Source: an uncultured virus (IMG/VR IMGVR_UViG_3300025450_000023) (lineage: Duplodnaviria; Heunggongvirae; Uroviricota; Caudoviricetes). Taken from it: a stretch of DNA of 64,000 nucleotides. This document shows positions 29,596-39,028 of this stretch, piece after piece (the first letter of the stretch is position 1; each line of letters starts with the position of its first letter). The notes beneath the pieces are model-generated. The model searched no databases, was not told the DNA's origin, and saw only the letters and a list, made by a program, of their open reading frames with translations. The stretch is from the IMG/VR virus record IMGVR_UViG_3300025450_000023, one strand, 5' to 3'. The translations under genes and the position numbers were made by a program.

Positions 29596-29699
29596 ACGGC
29601 TGTTAAGGTGACACTATAGGGATCAAGGATGTAAACTTTTTTCACCTTTCTGTTTACGGTATCAACGAATTGGCACTCGAGCTTGCAACCTATAGCCGT
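29596..29699 (+). ncRNA. candidate structured RNA of unknown class
   Basis: terminal stem ACGGCTGT/ATAGCCGT and inner stem GTAAAC/GTTTAC; flanked by T-tracts like neighbouring RNA genes. Confidence 0.45.
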
Positions 29700-29711
29700 T
29701 ACATTTTTTTT

Positions 29712-29796
29712 GGGTATATCGTATAGCGGCAATTACGGCAGACTGTAAATCTGCTGCCTCTCGGCTTCCTTGGTTCGAGTCCAAGTGTACCCACCA
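29712..29796 (+). tRNA. tRNA-Tyr(GTA)
   Basis: GCAGA-CTGTAAA-TCTGC arm, extra arm, T-loop, CCA. Confidence 0.93.
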
Positions 29797-29800
29797 TTTT

Positions 29801-29875
29801 ACGGACGTGGTATAACGGTCGTGCAACAGTCTCCAAAACTGTCTTATGAGGGTTCAACTCCTTCCGTCCGTGCCA
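29801..29875 (+). tRNA. tRNA-Trp(CCA)
   Basis: ACGGACG/CGTCCGT acceptor stem, ACAGT-CTCCAAA-ACTGT arm, CCA. Confidence 0.9.
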
Positions 29876-29882
29876 TTTTTTT

Positions 29883-29957
29883 GCCCCTATCGTCTAACGG
29901 TTAGGACATCGGATTTTCATTTCGCTAATCGCGGTTCGATTCCGCGTAGGGGTACCA
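29883..29957 (+). tRNA. tRNA-Glu(TTC)
   Basis: GCCCCTA/TAGGGGT acceptor stem, loop TTTTCAT (imperfect anticodon stem), CCA. Confidence 0.88.
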
Positions 29958-30112
29958 GTTTGTAAGTATTTAAAAATACTATAGAAATGATAGTTTATTC
30001 CTATGGATTTTTTCAATATTATATAAGAAACCTTAACTAAGTATTTGTGCTGGTGACATTATCCAGCATAACAACCAAAGCCCCCGGGCGGCGGTTCTCA
30101 ACAAAACAACAC

Positions 30113-30298
30113 ATGCAAGTATTAATTATAACAAGTTATCTTGCTGTTGGTGGTCTTGTTAGACTCGCATACGAGGACTATAAGATAGGTAACAGTAAGA
30201 CAAAGTCAAAGTTCGTTGAAAATATTAAAAAGTTTTGGAAAGGGTTTAAGGCAGCTTGGAAAGAAGCTATCTCAGCCCCACACCAACACTTATTTTAA
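30113..30298 (+). CDS. small single-TM membrane protein
   Basis: hydrophobic N-terminus and basic amphipathic tail; followed by terminator. Confidence 0.55.
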   Translation: MQVLIITSYLAVGGLVRLAYEDYKIGNSKTKSKFVENIKKFWKGFKAAWKEAISAPHQHLF

Positions 30299-30320
30299 TA
30301 TTATAAGTTAGAAAAACAAT

Positions 30321-30355
30321 GCCCGGCTTGGAGTAATCTGAGCCGGGTTTTTTTT
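30321..30355 (+). terminator. intrinsic terminator
   Basis: CCCGGCT...AGCCGGG followed by T8. Confidence 0.8.
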
Positions 30356-30387
30356 GATTTTTTAACTATACATTATATATATTGAGT

Positions 30388-31050
30388 ATGGATCCAGCAT
30401 CTTTAAAACAACAAGCACCGTTTGAACATTATGAAATATTTGACTTAAACATTTATGCATTATCGCGAGAAGTTATTGAAGGATATAGCGTGTTAGATCT
30501 GGGCGGTCATTATGGTTTATTTGCTAATGCTTGCAGTATGTGTAACCCTAAGAAAATTATTAGTGTAGAAGCTAACCATAATAATTTTAAAAAGTATTTA
30601 GATAATACTAAAGAATTACCTAATGTAAGGTGTATTAATGCAGCAGTTACCTCTAAACCGAACAAGATATTAACTATAAGCAATGAAAGCGGTAGCTCGA
30701 TTGTAGGTAAAGGAGAACAGTTAGTTGCTTCTGTTACTCTTGAATCGTTATTAGAGTTATTTCAACCAGATGAAAAATTACTACTAAAGATGGATATTGA
30801 AGGATGTGAGTATGAAATATTTTATAAAACACACCCTGACGTGTTTAAGAGATTTGATATGATTAAGTTAGAAGCTCACAACTTTAACCCTGATACTAAA
30901 GGAGATGAAGCAACTAAACTTAAAATGTATATTGAAGCATTAGGATTTCATGACACCGTAAATTTTCATGTTTTTTCTCCTGAATATGAAGACAAGTACA
31001 ACGGGTTAAAAGTAGCGTGGTCTTACAATTTTGTTAAAAATAATTTATGA
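30388..31050 (+). CDS. FkbM-family SAM methyltransferase
   Basis: VLDLGGHYG, VEA and LLKMDIEGCE. Confidence 0.88.
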   Translation: MDPASLKQQAPFEHYEIFDLNIYALSREVIEGYSVLDLGGHYGLFANACSMCNPKKIISVEANHNNFKKYLDNTKELPNVRCINAAVTSKPNKILTISNESGSSIVGKGEQLVASVTLESLLELFQPDEKLLLKMDIEGCEYEIFYKTHPDVFKRFDMIKLEAHNFNPDTKGDEATKLKMYIEALGFHDTVNFHVFSPEYEDKYNGLKVAWSYNFVKNNL

Positions 31051-31682
31051 GCAAATCAACATCAATAGATATTAACTACCTGTCATATGCATGTGACAAG
31101 CAAGGCACGTGTGCATGGTCATTAAGTGCAGGTAGTTCAGATATAGTACAGGTACCTGCACCTACTGATAACAGTACTGTGTTTTTGCCGTCTAATCCTA
31201 CATCTTTTGCAAGTATACTTAAACTTGCAGATAATGCAATTATTAATCTTTCTGGTTTAGTGGTAGATCAAGCAAATGAAAATGCAGTAGATGCAAATAA
31301 TAAAGTTTCAGCTACACTTGAAGGAGTGTTTGGTAATTCTACACCTGGTATCGGTAATCAAATTTTTAGCGTAAAAGGTAGTAGTAGTGTCAGTATTAGA
31401 GGTACGTTAAAAGGAGCGGGTAACCGATTAAAAGCTGATGTACTTGTAGATAACTGGTCAGATCAAGATTACGGGCCAAGCACAGTCGACTTAACACAAG
31501 CTAAACACGAAACAGGTAGAAAGATAAACGTAGTGTACCGTATCGGTTCAAGTAAGATAATAGGGAATTGCAATAAATTACTGTTACCTTCATTTGGTTT
31601 GACATTTTATTTTTATATCAAATTAATTGTTCGTAAAGTGATGAGTATCAAGCAGGGACAGAAGGGACCAAGCTGGCTTTAA
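31047..31682 (+). CDS. hypothetical protein
   Basis: 211 aa coupled ORF. Confidence 0.6.
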   Translation: MSKSTSIDINYLSYACDKQGTCAWSLSAGSSDIVQVPAPTDNSTVFLPSNPTSFASILKLADNAIINLSGLVVDQANENAVDANNKVSATLEGVFGNSTPGIGNQIFSVKGSSSVSIRGTLKGAGNRLKADVLVDNWSDQDYGPSTVDLTQAKHETGRKINVVYRIGSSKIIGNCNKLLLPSFGLTFYFYIKLIVRKVMSIKQGQKGPSWL

Positions 31683-31749
31683 AAATCCTAAATTAAAAAA
31701 ATATTAAAAAAATTTGCTATTTGTTGATTATAATATATAAATATAGCGT

Positions 31750-32517
31750 ATGAAGAAACTATTAACATTCCTCGCATTAGTATCATTAACCGTAGCAGCT
31801 GTTGCTCAAACTGCAACAGTACTATCACCTGTTAAAGGTGTTAGCGTAAATGCTGGTTTTGATTCTAAGCTTATTGAACAAGGCGCAGTAACTGGCAACG
31901 ATTATATCACTGCTGGTGTTGGTCTTGATGTATATAGCGTTGACTTAGCTGTTGAAACGTTTAGCCGTTATAATGGTTTAACGAAGTACAGTACCGCTAC
32001 AGTAGCTGGTAAATCAGTTACAACTGCAAGCACAGATGCTTCCGGTTTAAAGCGTACTTACTTAACAGCAGGTTATGTTTTTACATCAAATCTTGCTGAC
32101 CTTACATTAGGTGCACAGCTCCGCCATGCTCAAGGTACAGAAACCTTAGTTGGTGGTTTATCCAATGACACATTACCATTCGTTAAATTAAATGGTAAGC
32201 TTTTTGGTGGTGCTCTATTGTGGGACGGTATCGCTCTTGATGACACTAAGAACCGTAGCAACAACTACGAAGCAAATCTTCGCCTACCATTAGGTGTTGG
32301 TTACGGCTTAAAAGTTGTTCCTGCAGTAGGTCTTGGTTTCAACGATCCAGGCGCAGCTACAATTGCAGCTCTTAAAGCAGACAAAAAGTATGCATCGGCT
32401 GGTATCGGTCTTGCATTCAAGGGCTTAGAAGCTAACCTATTCGCACAACGTGGCGATGTTACAAGCTCAGCAACACAAGTTACTGGTTATACAGTAGGTT
32501 ATACCTACAAGTTCTAA
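31750..32517 (+). CDS. outer-membrane beta-barrel-like protein
   Basis: Sec signal peptide, amphipathic beta strands, C-terminal GYTYKF. Confidence 0.75.
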   Translation: MKKLLTFLALVSLTVAAVAQTATVLSPVKGVSVNAGFDSKLIEQGAVTGNDYITAGVGLDVYSVDLAVETFSRYNGLTKYSTATVAGKSVTTASTDASGLKRTYLTAGYVFTSNLADLTLGAQLRHAQGTETLVGGLSNDTLPFVKLNGKLFGGALLWDGIALDDTKNRSNNYEANLRLPLGVGYGLKVVPAVGLGFNDPGAATIAALKADKKYASAGIGLAFKGLEANLFAQRGDVTSSATQVTGYTVGYTYKF

Positions 32518-32540
32518 TAAAACTTAGATATTAATCATTT

Positions 32541-32573
32541 AAAAACCTCTCATTTCGGTGAGAGGTTTTTTTT
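32541..32573. terminator. bidirectional terminator
   Basis: A5-CCTCTCA-loop-TGAGAGG-T8 between convergent genes. Confidence 0.8.
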
Positions 32574-32774
32574 ATGTTCAGAAATATGAAATTGCATTGC
32601 TCTATTGAGCTTATGTAAAAACTTATCTGGTGCAATACCAGCCTTTTCTTGCAATATTAGCTCTTCTTTCAGAGCTTTCAAAAAACTCTTAGACAGATTA
32701 AAATCTCGAGGATAAAAAATCCTTTTTTCCTGTCTAATCATACCGTAGCTTTCCATTAGTTCTTGAAATTTCAT
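32550..32774 (-). CDS. hypothetical protein
   Basis: start MKFQELMESY preceded by TATAAATA. Confidence 0.5.
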   Translation of the reverse strand: MKFQELMESYGMIRQEKRIFYPRDFNLSKSFLKALKEELILQEKAGIAPDKFLHKLNRAMQFHISEHKKNLSPK

Positions 32775-32886
32775 AAATTGTTTATTATATTTATACCTAC
32801 ACCATGAATATACCCTATTTAAACATAAAAAATCCAAAGTTTATACTTGATTAAGTAAAAATATGGTATAACATAGTATTACACCT

Positions 32887-33384
32887 ATGAGTAAAGAAGA
32901 ATACGTTAAATTACAAGCTGTTATTGCAGCTTTACAAAAAACTGTAGAAGATCAAGAAAAGATCGATGAGATTATTGAATTATTATCCGATAATACGGTA
33001 GCTGTTGATGAAACTGCTACACCTGAACAAGCTTTAGATGAAGCTATTAACAATAACGAGGAAAATGATGGTTCAGATGAGCCTAAAGTAAAGAAACAAT
33101 ACGTAATGCTTGTTTCTGACACGACTGGTATTATTGATAGAGATCTTACCGGTTGGGTACTTCAAATGCCTGAAGATGAAGACGTGAGAGACGTAGTAGA
33201 TTGCATTAAAAAAGGAGCTTATAATTTTAATGCATCTAAGAAGGGTCAAAAATACCCTGTTACCTCTATCGGACAAGCAATTGCTAACGTTGGTAACAAG
33301 TTTTTTAAGCCTTATAACGTGAGTATTAAGACTAAAGAACCTATTCTCATCGTTACTACTAATAACGTTTTACCTCGAGGATAA
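32887..33384 (+). CDS. hypothetical protein
   Basis: 165 aa; TTGA..TA-type promoter upstream. Confidence 0.65.
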   Translation: MSKEEYVKLQAVIAALQKTVEDQEKIDEIIELLSDNTVAVDETATPEQALDEAINNNEENDGSDEPKVKKQYVMLVSDTTGIIDRDLTGWVLQMPEDEDVRDVVDCIKKGAYNFNASKKGQKYPVTSIGQAIANVGNKFFKPYNVSIKTKEPILIVTTNNVLPRG

Positions 33385-33386
33385 AT

Positions 33387-33584
33387 ATGTCAGGAAAAGG
33401 CTCAAAACCACGTCCTTTTTCGGTTTCTCAAGATACATTTGGAGAAAATTGGGACAATATCTTTAAAAAGAAGCAGCCTGATCACGATAAACATATGGCT
33501 GCTACTGATTGGTCCCAAATGTTAGGTGAATTACCGGAAGATTACAATAAAACCAAGAAAAAATTAAAAAAACTACCTGGGTAA
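33387..33584 (+). CDS. small hypothetical protein
   Basis: GKGSKPRP..V....F..NWD.IF pattern recalled from phage proteins. Confidence 0.6.
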   Translation: MSGKGSKPRPFSVSQDTFGENWDNIFKKKQPDHDKHMAATDWSQMLGELPEDYNKTKKKLKKLPG

Positions 33585-34415
33585 TATGAATCCAGTCGGG
33601 TCATAAACCGCTGGACATATTTTCCACCCTTCACAGTACACATCTTTTGGGTCATATTCCCTTAAGATGTCAGGACCAAACCAAACCCCAGGAGCAATAA
33701 CTGTTTTGTTGGGGTTTTTTGATAGATAAGCACCCCACCAGGTGAAAGTTGAGTTAGAAATTACAAAATTTTGACATAATGACAAGAACCAAAGAGCTTT
33801 ATACGGTTCATATTCTACAAAAACTGTGTTTGGAAACTTAATATTCTCTCTACACCATGGAATATCATCGCTTACTACAAAAATTGTATCAACTTTTGGT
33901 AGCATTTGGTATGCTTTCTGCAAATAACCAGCAGTAACTACTGGATGACGTGTGGGAAATGTTAAAAAATCACCTCTACGTACATTAATTACAGCATTTG
34001 TACCGTTTACTAATTGAGGATATGTGCGTGTAGCTTCTTCAATAAACTCTTGAGTAGGCCCGAACAACTGTTTTACATTTTCTGAATGATCTTTAAAGAA
34101 TTTTTCACTTTCAAAGTACCCTCTAAACACGGTTGGTAGTGTGTCATGTGGTTTATATTCAGTATAATGATATGTTGAATTTATCGTATGCACTGCAGGT
34201 GTAGCATCTGGTGCTTTAGGTATAATAAAATCTAATTTGCGATGTACAGTGTCGTAGTAGTCACTTGTAGATGTTTCTGCATAAGGTAAAACTAACTGTC
34301 TATTATGTCTTAATGACTGTGCATATGCATTAGCAATTTGAAACATTTGATTACCTAACCGACCTATCAATGTACAGGTAATATAGTTTGAAGATAAATT
34401 TAAGTTTTCGTTCAT
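33573..34415 (-). CDS. GT11 alpha-1,2-fucosyltransferase-like
   Basis: GRLGNQMFQ, VRRGDF and SNSTFTWWGAYL. Confidence 0.9.
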   Translation of the reverse strand: MNENLNLSSNYITCTLIGRLGNQMFQIANAYAQSLRHNRQLVLPYAETSTSDYYDTVHRKLDFIIPKAPDATPAVHTINSTYHYTEYKPHDTLPTVFRGYFESEKFFKDHSENVKQLFGPTQEFIEEATRTYPQLVNGTNAVINVRRGDFLTFPTRHPVVTAGYLQKAYQMLPKVDTIFVVSDDIPWCRENIKFPNTVFVEYEPYKALWFLSLCQNFVISNSTFTWWGAYLSKNPNKTVIAPGVWFGPDILREYDPKDVYCEGWKICPAVYDPTGFILPR

Positions 34416-34422
34416 TGTATTA

Positions 34423-35097
34423 TTAAAATTTCTTAACTATTGGGGACTTTATAAAGTTTGTCTCCCAATGATCTGTGGTAGGCGCAAAACCGTTTATATC
34501 TAAATCGCTTGGACTTTGTCTTTGTATTACCGATAACGGGTAAACCACGTATTTGTTGAGTTCGCCTCGCTCACCAAGCCATGTATCAACAGGACAATGA
34601 AAATGTGGATCATACTGTAAGAACATTTTTAGTCCTTTTCTGTTAAACCCTGTAGCATGATTAGCTAATATATGCTCACACTTAAGTAAATTTTCTGACA
34701 CTTGTTGTACAGGATTATCAAACACATAGCAGCCTAAATAGATTGTATCCCAATCCGGAAAATTTTGTAATTGATCTAATGCATTCTCTATATTCTTTAA
34801 TGAATTAGCATTATAAAATTGTGCATCATCTTCAAGTATTAAAAATCGTTCATAACCTTCTTTTTCTGCTTTTTTAAATATATTTGCAAATGTTTCACCA
34901 CAATAATTGTGAACCATTCTCATGCCCTCTTCTGTAGTAGTATCTTTTACTATAGCTTTTGCATCTATACCAGGCACGCGCTCAAAAAAGCCTTGAAGGC
35001 CGGCATCTTTTACTTCCTTTTCAAATAAAGTTCTTCTATCTGCTCTACGATCAAGATTTATATAATAACCTTTTTGAAAAAATTCATTAATTTTCAT
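34423..35097 (-). CDS. GT25-like glycosyltransferase (paralogue 3)
   Basis: YINLDRR.DRR, ILEDD and WD.IYLG. Confidence 0.85.
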   Translation of the reverse strand: MKINEFFQKGYYINLDRRADRRTLFEKEVKDAGLQGFFERVPGIDAKAIVKDTTTEEGMRMVHNYCGETFANIFKKAEKEGYERFLILEDDAQFYNANSLKNIENALDQLQNFPDWDTIYLGCYVFDNPVQQVSENLLKCEHILANHATGFNRKGLKMFLQYDPHFHCPVDTWLGERGELNKYVVYPLSVIQRQSPSDLDINGFAPTTDHWETNFIKSPIVKKF

Positions 35098-35098
35098 A

Positions 35099-35794
35099 TT
35101 AAAACATTTTTACTAAACGAGGTTCAAGTAACTTGTATGCTTCTTCCCAGTGTGATAAGCCAGGCGCTCTACCAAACGCATCGATGTCACTCTCCCCGTC
35201 TTTTTGCACTACTGCCATCGGATAAACAAAATACTTGTTCATAAATTTTTGCTGACTCAACCACCCATCAAATATTGTTTGTAAAGTATGATCGTATCTT
35301 TTTAATAGTTTAGGTATAACCTTCTTGTTATAACCTATAGCGTGTGTTGTTAAGAGTATATCCGGTTTTAAAAGGTTTTCTGATACATGTTTTACTTTAT
35401 CATCTACTACGTAACCACCGAAGTATACCATGTCCCAGTCTGGGAAATTTTGCAATTGATCCAATGCTTTTTCTACTATCTGTAAAGCTGGTTCAGAACC
35501 GTTATTATAAAATAGCATATCATCTTCACATATTAATACACGTTCATGTGGTTGTTCGTTAATCTTTTTAAACAATTCGTATACCGTTTCACTAAATGCA
35601 GCACCTTTATGTACATGTGCTGGTTCATGCACGTACATTGGATACTCTCTTGTTAAGTAGTCAATACCTGCAAATCTTTCAAACCAACCGTCAAGGTTAA
35701 TTTTTTTAGCTTCTTCTTCGAACCCCGCTCTACGCTCAGGACGACGATCAAGATTTATATAATAACCCTTTTGAAAAAATTCATTAATTTTCAT
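35099..35794 (-). CDS. GT25-like glycosyltransferase (paralogue 2)
   Basis: YINLDRRPERR, ICEDD and WDMVYFG. Confidence 0.85.
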   Translation of the reverse strand: MKINEFFQKGYYINLDRRPERRAGFEEEAKKINLDGWFERFAGIDYLTREYPMYVHEPAHVHKGAAFSETVYELFKKINEQPHERVLICEDDMLFYNNGSEPALQIVEKALDQLQNFPDWDMVYFGGYVVDDKVKHVSENLLKPDILLTTHAIGYNKKVIPKLLKRYDHTLQTIFDGWLSQQKFMNKYFVYPMAVVQKDGESDIDAFGRAPGLSHWEEAYKLLEPRLVKMF

Positions 35795-35795
35795 A

Positions 35796-36479
35796 TTACG
35801 GTTTTATTATTTTAAATTTTGAATAGCAATCTAACCAATGCTTAATGTCCGGTGATTTACCGAAAGCATCAATATCGCTTTTACCTTCTCTTTGAGCTAC
35901 TGCTAATGGATACACAATATACTTAATTATGTTCTTCCTGGCAGCTATCCACTCATCATATATACAATCATGTCCAGGTACATATTGTAATAGTTTTTCA
36001 AATACTTTTTTATTATATCCAACTGCATGAGCAGTCAGTATATTATCTGCTTTAAGTAAATTTTCAGATACTTGTACACCGGGGCAATATTTTAAATAAC
36101 CACCAAAATATATCATGTCCCAATCAGGAAAATTTTGTAATTGATCTAATGCTTTTTCAACTAATTGTAAACCTGTTTCCTGTCCATCATTATAAAATAA
36201 TATGTCATCTTCGTATATTAAAACTCTTTCATAACCGCTTTCATTCGCTTTTTTGTAAGCATTATAAAAAGCTTCCCCACAAGCCATTCCTTTGTTTACA
36301 TATGATGGTTGATTGATAGCATTAGGGTATTGACGGGTAGATACATCAATACCGGGTACACGTTCAAAAAAACCTTCAAGACCTATCTGTTTTACCTCTT
36401 GCTCAAATTGAGCTTTTCGATCTGTTCTGTAGTCTAAATTTATGTAATAACCTTTTTGAAAAAAATCATTAATTTTCAT
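35796..36479 (-). CDS. GT25-like glycosyltransferase (paralogue 1)
   Basis: YINLDYRTDR, IYEDD and WDMIYFG. Confidence 0.85.
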   Translation of the reverse strand: MKINDFFQKGYYINLDYRTDRKAQFEQEVKQIGLEGFFERVPGIDVSTRQYPNAINQPSYVNKGMACGEAFYNAYKKANESGYERVLIYEDDILFYNDGQETGLQLVEKALDQLQNFPDWDMIYFGGYLKYCPGVQVSENLLKADNILTAHAVGYNKKVFEKLLQYVPGHDCIYDEWIAARKNIIKYIVYPLAVAQREGKSDIDAFGKSPDIKHWLDCYSKFKIIKP

Positions 36480-36531
36480 TTAATATTTTATTACAAAATT
36501 TTATAAAAACCACGGCGACGGTTTTTACACA

Positions 36532-37713
36532 TTAAGATGTGAGTGAACCAATAAATTCAGCCCACATGTTGCCCACCTTAGCTGGGTTAAATTTATCTAA
36601 AATAAATTTTGTACCTTCAGCGCGTACTTTTTCTTTTAAATCTGGATTAGCTTCGAGGTAGTTTACTGCATCAATAATTTTTTTAGTATTATTTTTAAAT
36701 GCTCCTTCAGTATCTTTAGTTAAAGATTCTTTTTGTATAACATTAACATCTTTACCGTCAGGTAATTCAACCCACTTACAGAAACCTTCGAAATTTTCTG
36801 GTAATGCACCGAACGGGTAAGTTACGGGTATAGCGCCTAATGCAATTGCTTCAGCAACTACACATGAGAATGTGTCTTTATGCACATCCTGATAAGGTGT
36901 ATATAAAGGATATATAAAATACTCACTTTCTGCTATATGTGTAAATAGTGTTTTTCTATCTACCCCATCATGCTTATAAAAGAATTCATCCTGGTGAGGG
37001 TGCGTACATAATAGATAGTCAAAAGCGTGTAGTTCAACATCAGGCCAGTTTAATTCTCTTGCAACTTGTATAGCTACATCACCACCACGCGCCCATGCTG
37101 CATGAAACACAATCTTATGCTTTTTTCTCTCTGGTTTACTATTTAGTACTTCGCTAACTACGTCATCCATTATCGGGTTAGGAATTAATGTACTTAAAGT
37201 ACCAGGATAACGAGTTTTAGCACTTGCTACAGTACCCTCATTCATTGACTTTTCCCACTCAGAAATATTAACAAACCCTAACTTTAAGTTATTGTCATTA
37301 GCATAATTAATAATTTCATCAATACCATATATCCATTGCATATGGTTCCAGTATATTAATGCTTTAGTAACTTTTATCGGTAGTTTTTTATAATCATGAA
37401 ACCAAAGACTACTAACTAACACGTCAAACTCTTTATTTTCAATATTAGTAAAGTCAATATCGGTATAGTATACACCTCTTACTTTTTTACCTTGATTGAA
37501 GTGAATACCTTTTTCAGCGTACTCAGCTTCAAGTCCAGGTTCAAGCTTATCAGAAGTAACAACAACTTCATGACCTTGCAAAGCCAATTGCTCAGCAACT
37601 ATGATGGTGCTTCCGTCTGTACCAGAACCACCACCGTTACCATAACGAAGAGTTTCTCCGTCTAAGTAGTTACTACGCCGACTGTTACCGATTAAGATGA
37701 ATGCTATTCTCAT
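36532..37713 (-). CDS. GT4-like (GT-B) glycosyltransferase
   Basis: GGGSGT and YP...DTFSCVVAEAIALG.IPV....GALPE. Confidence 0.8.
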   Translation of the reverse strand: MRIAFILIGNSRRSNYLDGETLRYGNGGGSGTDGSTIIVAEQLALQGHEVVVTSDKLEPGLEAEYAEKGIHFNQGKKVRGVYYTDIDFTNIENKEFDVLVSSLWFHDYKKLPIKVTKALIYWNHMQWIYGIDEIINYANDNNLKLGFVNISEWEKSMNEGTVASAKTRYPGTLSTLIPNPIMDDVVSEVLNSKPERKKHKIVFHAAWARGGDVAIQVARELNWPDVELHAFDYLLCTHPHQDEFFYKHDGVDRKTLFTHIAESEYFIYPLYTPYQDVHKDTFSCVVAEAIALGAIPVTYPFGALPENFEGFCKWVELPDGKDVNVIQKESLTKDTEGAFKNNTKKIIDAVNYLEANPDLKEKVRAEGTKFILDKFNPAKVGNMWAEFIGSLTS

Positions 37714-37721
37714 TTATATAC

Positions 37722-39020
37722 TTATACTACCGGTGGTAATACCTTTTCGTAGCGATCACTCCAGCCTTTATCTTTACTGTGTGCATACATAACAATTTTA
37801 TATGGCTTATCTATGCTACGAAAACGTGCTAAGTGATCGGTTTTTGCAAAAGAAACATATTCTGGATCCTTTTCAGCAACAAAGTCGTGTCTGTATAGGT
37901 TTACACCACTTTGTGTTTCTATACCAAATGTAACGAAATCGATTACGTTCTCTTCTTTAAACTTTGCAAAGAAATCTGATTCCCAGTTGCAAGTAAACAC
38001 CCGCTCTTTACTAATAAATTGTTCTTCATAGTTTGTAGGGTTTGGTGGTTCTTGTACTTTTAAAGTATAGTCTTGTATACGACAGTTTTTAAAATCAAAA
38101 CCACCATATATTTCGTATTCTCGTAGTGTACGTACATTACCTAAACCGTACTTACCTAAATCAATACCATGCTCTTCTTGACCGAAGATTTGACGTGTTT
38201 TATTACGTGCATATATATCTCTTTCCCCGGATGTTTTACCGGTATGTTTTTCAGTACCATGATCATCCCAGTGCTTTACGCGGTAGTTACGTGTGTATTC
38301 GTGCCAAATGTATTGACGGTATGGACTAAAGAAATCATATCCCGAAGTCCAAGCTCTTACACTCATAGTGGTTTCTTCTGTATAACCACCAAAATAAATG
38401 TCTGGATCATAAGATACTTCTTCAATAAATTTACCTTGCGCTAAAAAGAAATGACCACTAATTGTGCGAGCTTTAATAACTTTATTTCTTTGTTGATAGT
38501 CTCCAATGTAATATGGCATACTCATTAGTAGTTTATCACTACTAAACTCATACTGAGACATTAAACAAGGGCCGAAATCAGTGATAGGTTTATCCGGATT
38601 AAATGGTGTGCAATAAGTTGAAATAACTGGCTTCTTGCTCATTGTTAATGCTTGTGCGTAATCTTCTAACAACATTTTATCCCAATCTTGAGCAAAACGA
38701 TGGTGAGAGTCTAACTGTAGTGTTAGTTCTTCACCGTCATATAATGAGTTGGTTAAATTACGTGCCCAACCTAAACCTTCACTTTCTGTATAAGGTTTTT
38801 TAATCACTCTAAAGTTTTCCTTACCGTCATAGACACTTGTATCTTCATCCGGGCCGTACTGCCAACAGATACCAAAAGAGAATTGCGACGGATCAGCAGC
38901 TTTCTCTAACATGTCAGTTATAGTAGGAACCAACTGAGGATCTCTATAAGCAGCAAATTGTACGAAAATACGCGGTTTGTTTTTCTTTTTTGTGGTGCGT
39001 GTAGTAGTCTTTTTAGCCAT
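37722..39020 (-). CDS. GT60-like (Skp1-type) polypeptide GlcNAc transferase
   Basis: IFVQ.AAYRDP, G..WAR, LQLDSH.RF..WD and F.G..EE....RAWT.G.D. Confidence 0.82.
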   Translation of the reverse strand: MAKKTTTRTTKKKNKPRIFVQFAAYRDPQLVPTITDMLEKAADPSQFSFGICWQYGPDEDTSVYDGKENFRVIKKPYTESEGLGWARNLTNSLYDGEELTLQLDSHHRFAQDWDKMLLEDYAQALTMSKKPVISTYCTPFNPDKPITDFGPCLMSQYEFSSDKLLMSMPYYIGDYQQRNKVIKARTISGHFFLAQGKFIEEVSYDPDIYFGGYTEETTMSVRAWTSGYDFFSPYRQYIWHEYTRNYRVKHWDDHGTEKHTGKTSGERDIYARNKTRQIFGQEEHGIDLGKYGLGNVRTLREYEIYGGFDFKNCRIQDYTLKVQEPPNPTNYEEQFISKERVFTCNWESDFFAKFKEENVIDFVTFGIETQSGVNLYRHDFVAEKDPEYVSFAKTDHLARFRSIDKPYKIVMYAHSKDKGWSDRYEKVLPPVV

Positions 39021-39028
39021 AAAAGTAA

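Noticed and set aside
29602..29619. 16/18 match to the SP6 promoter (GTTAAGGTGACACTATAG)
   Set aside because: Single copy, no single-subunit RNA polymerase or vector sequence in the window; treated as coincidence
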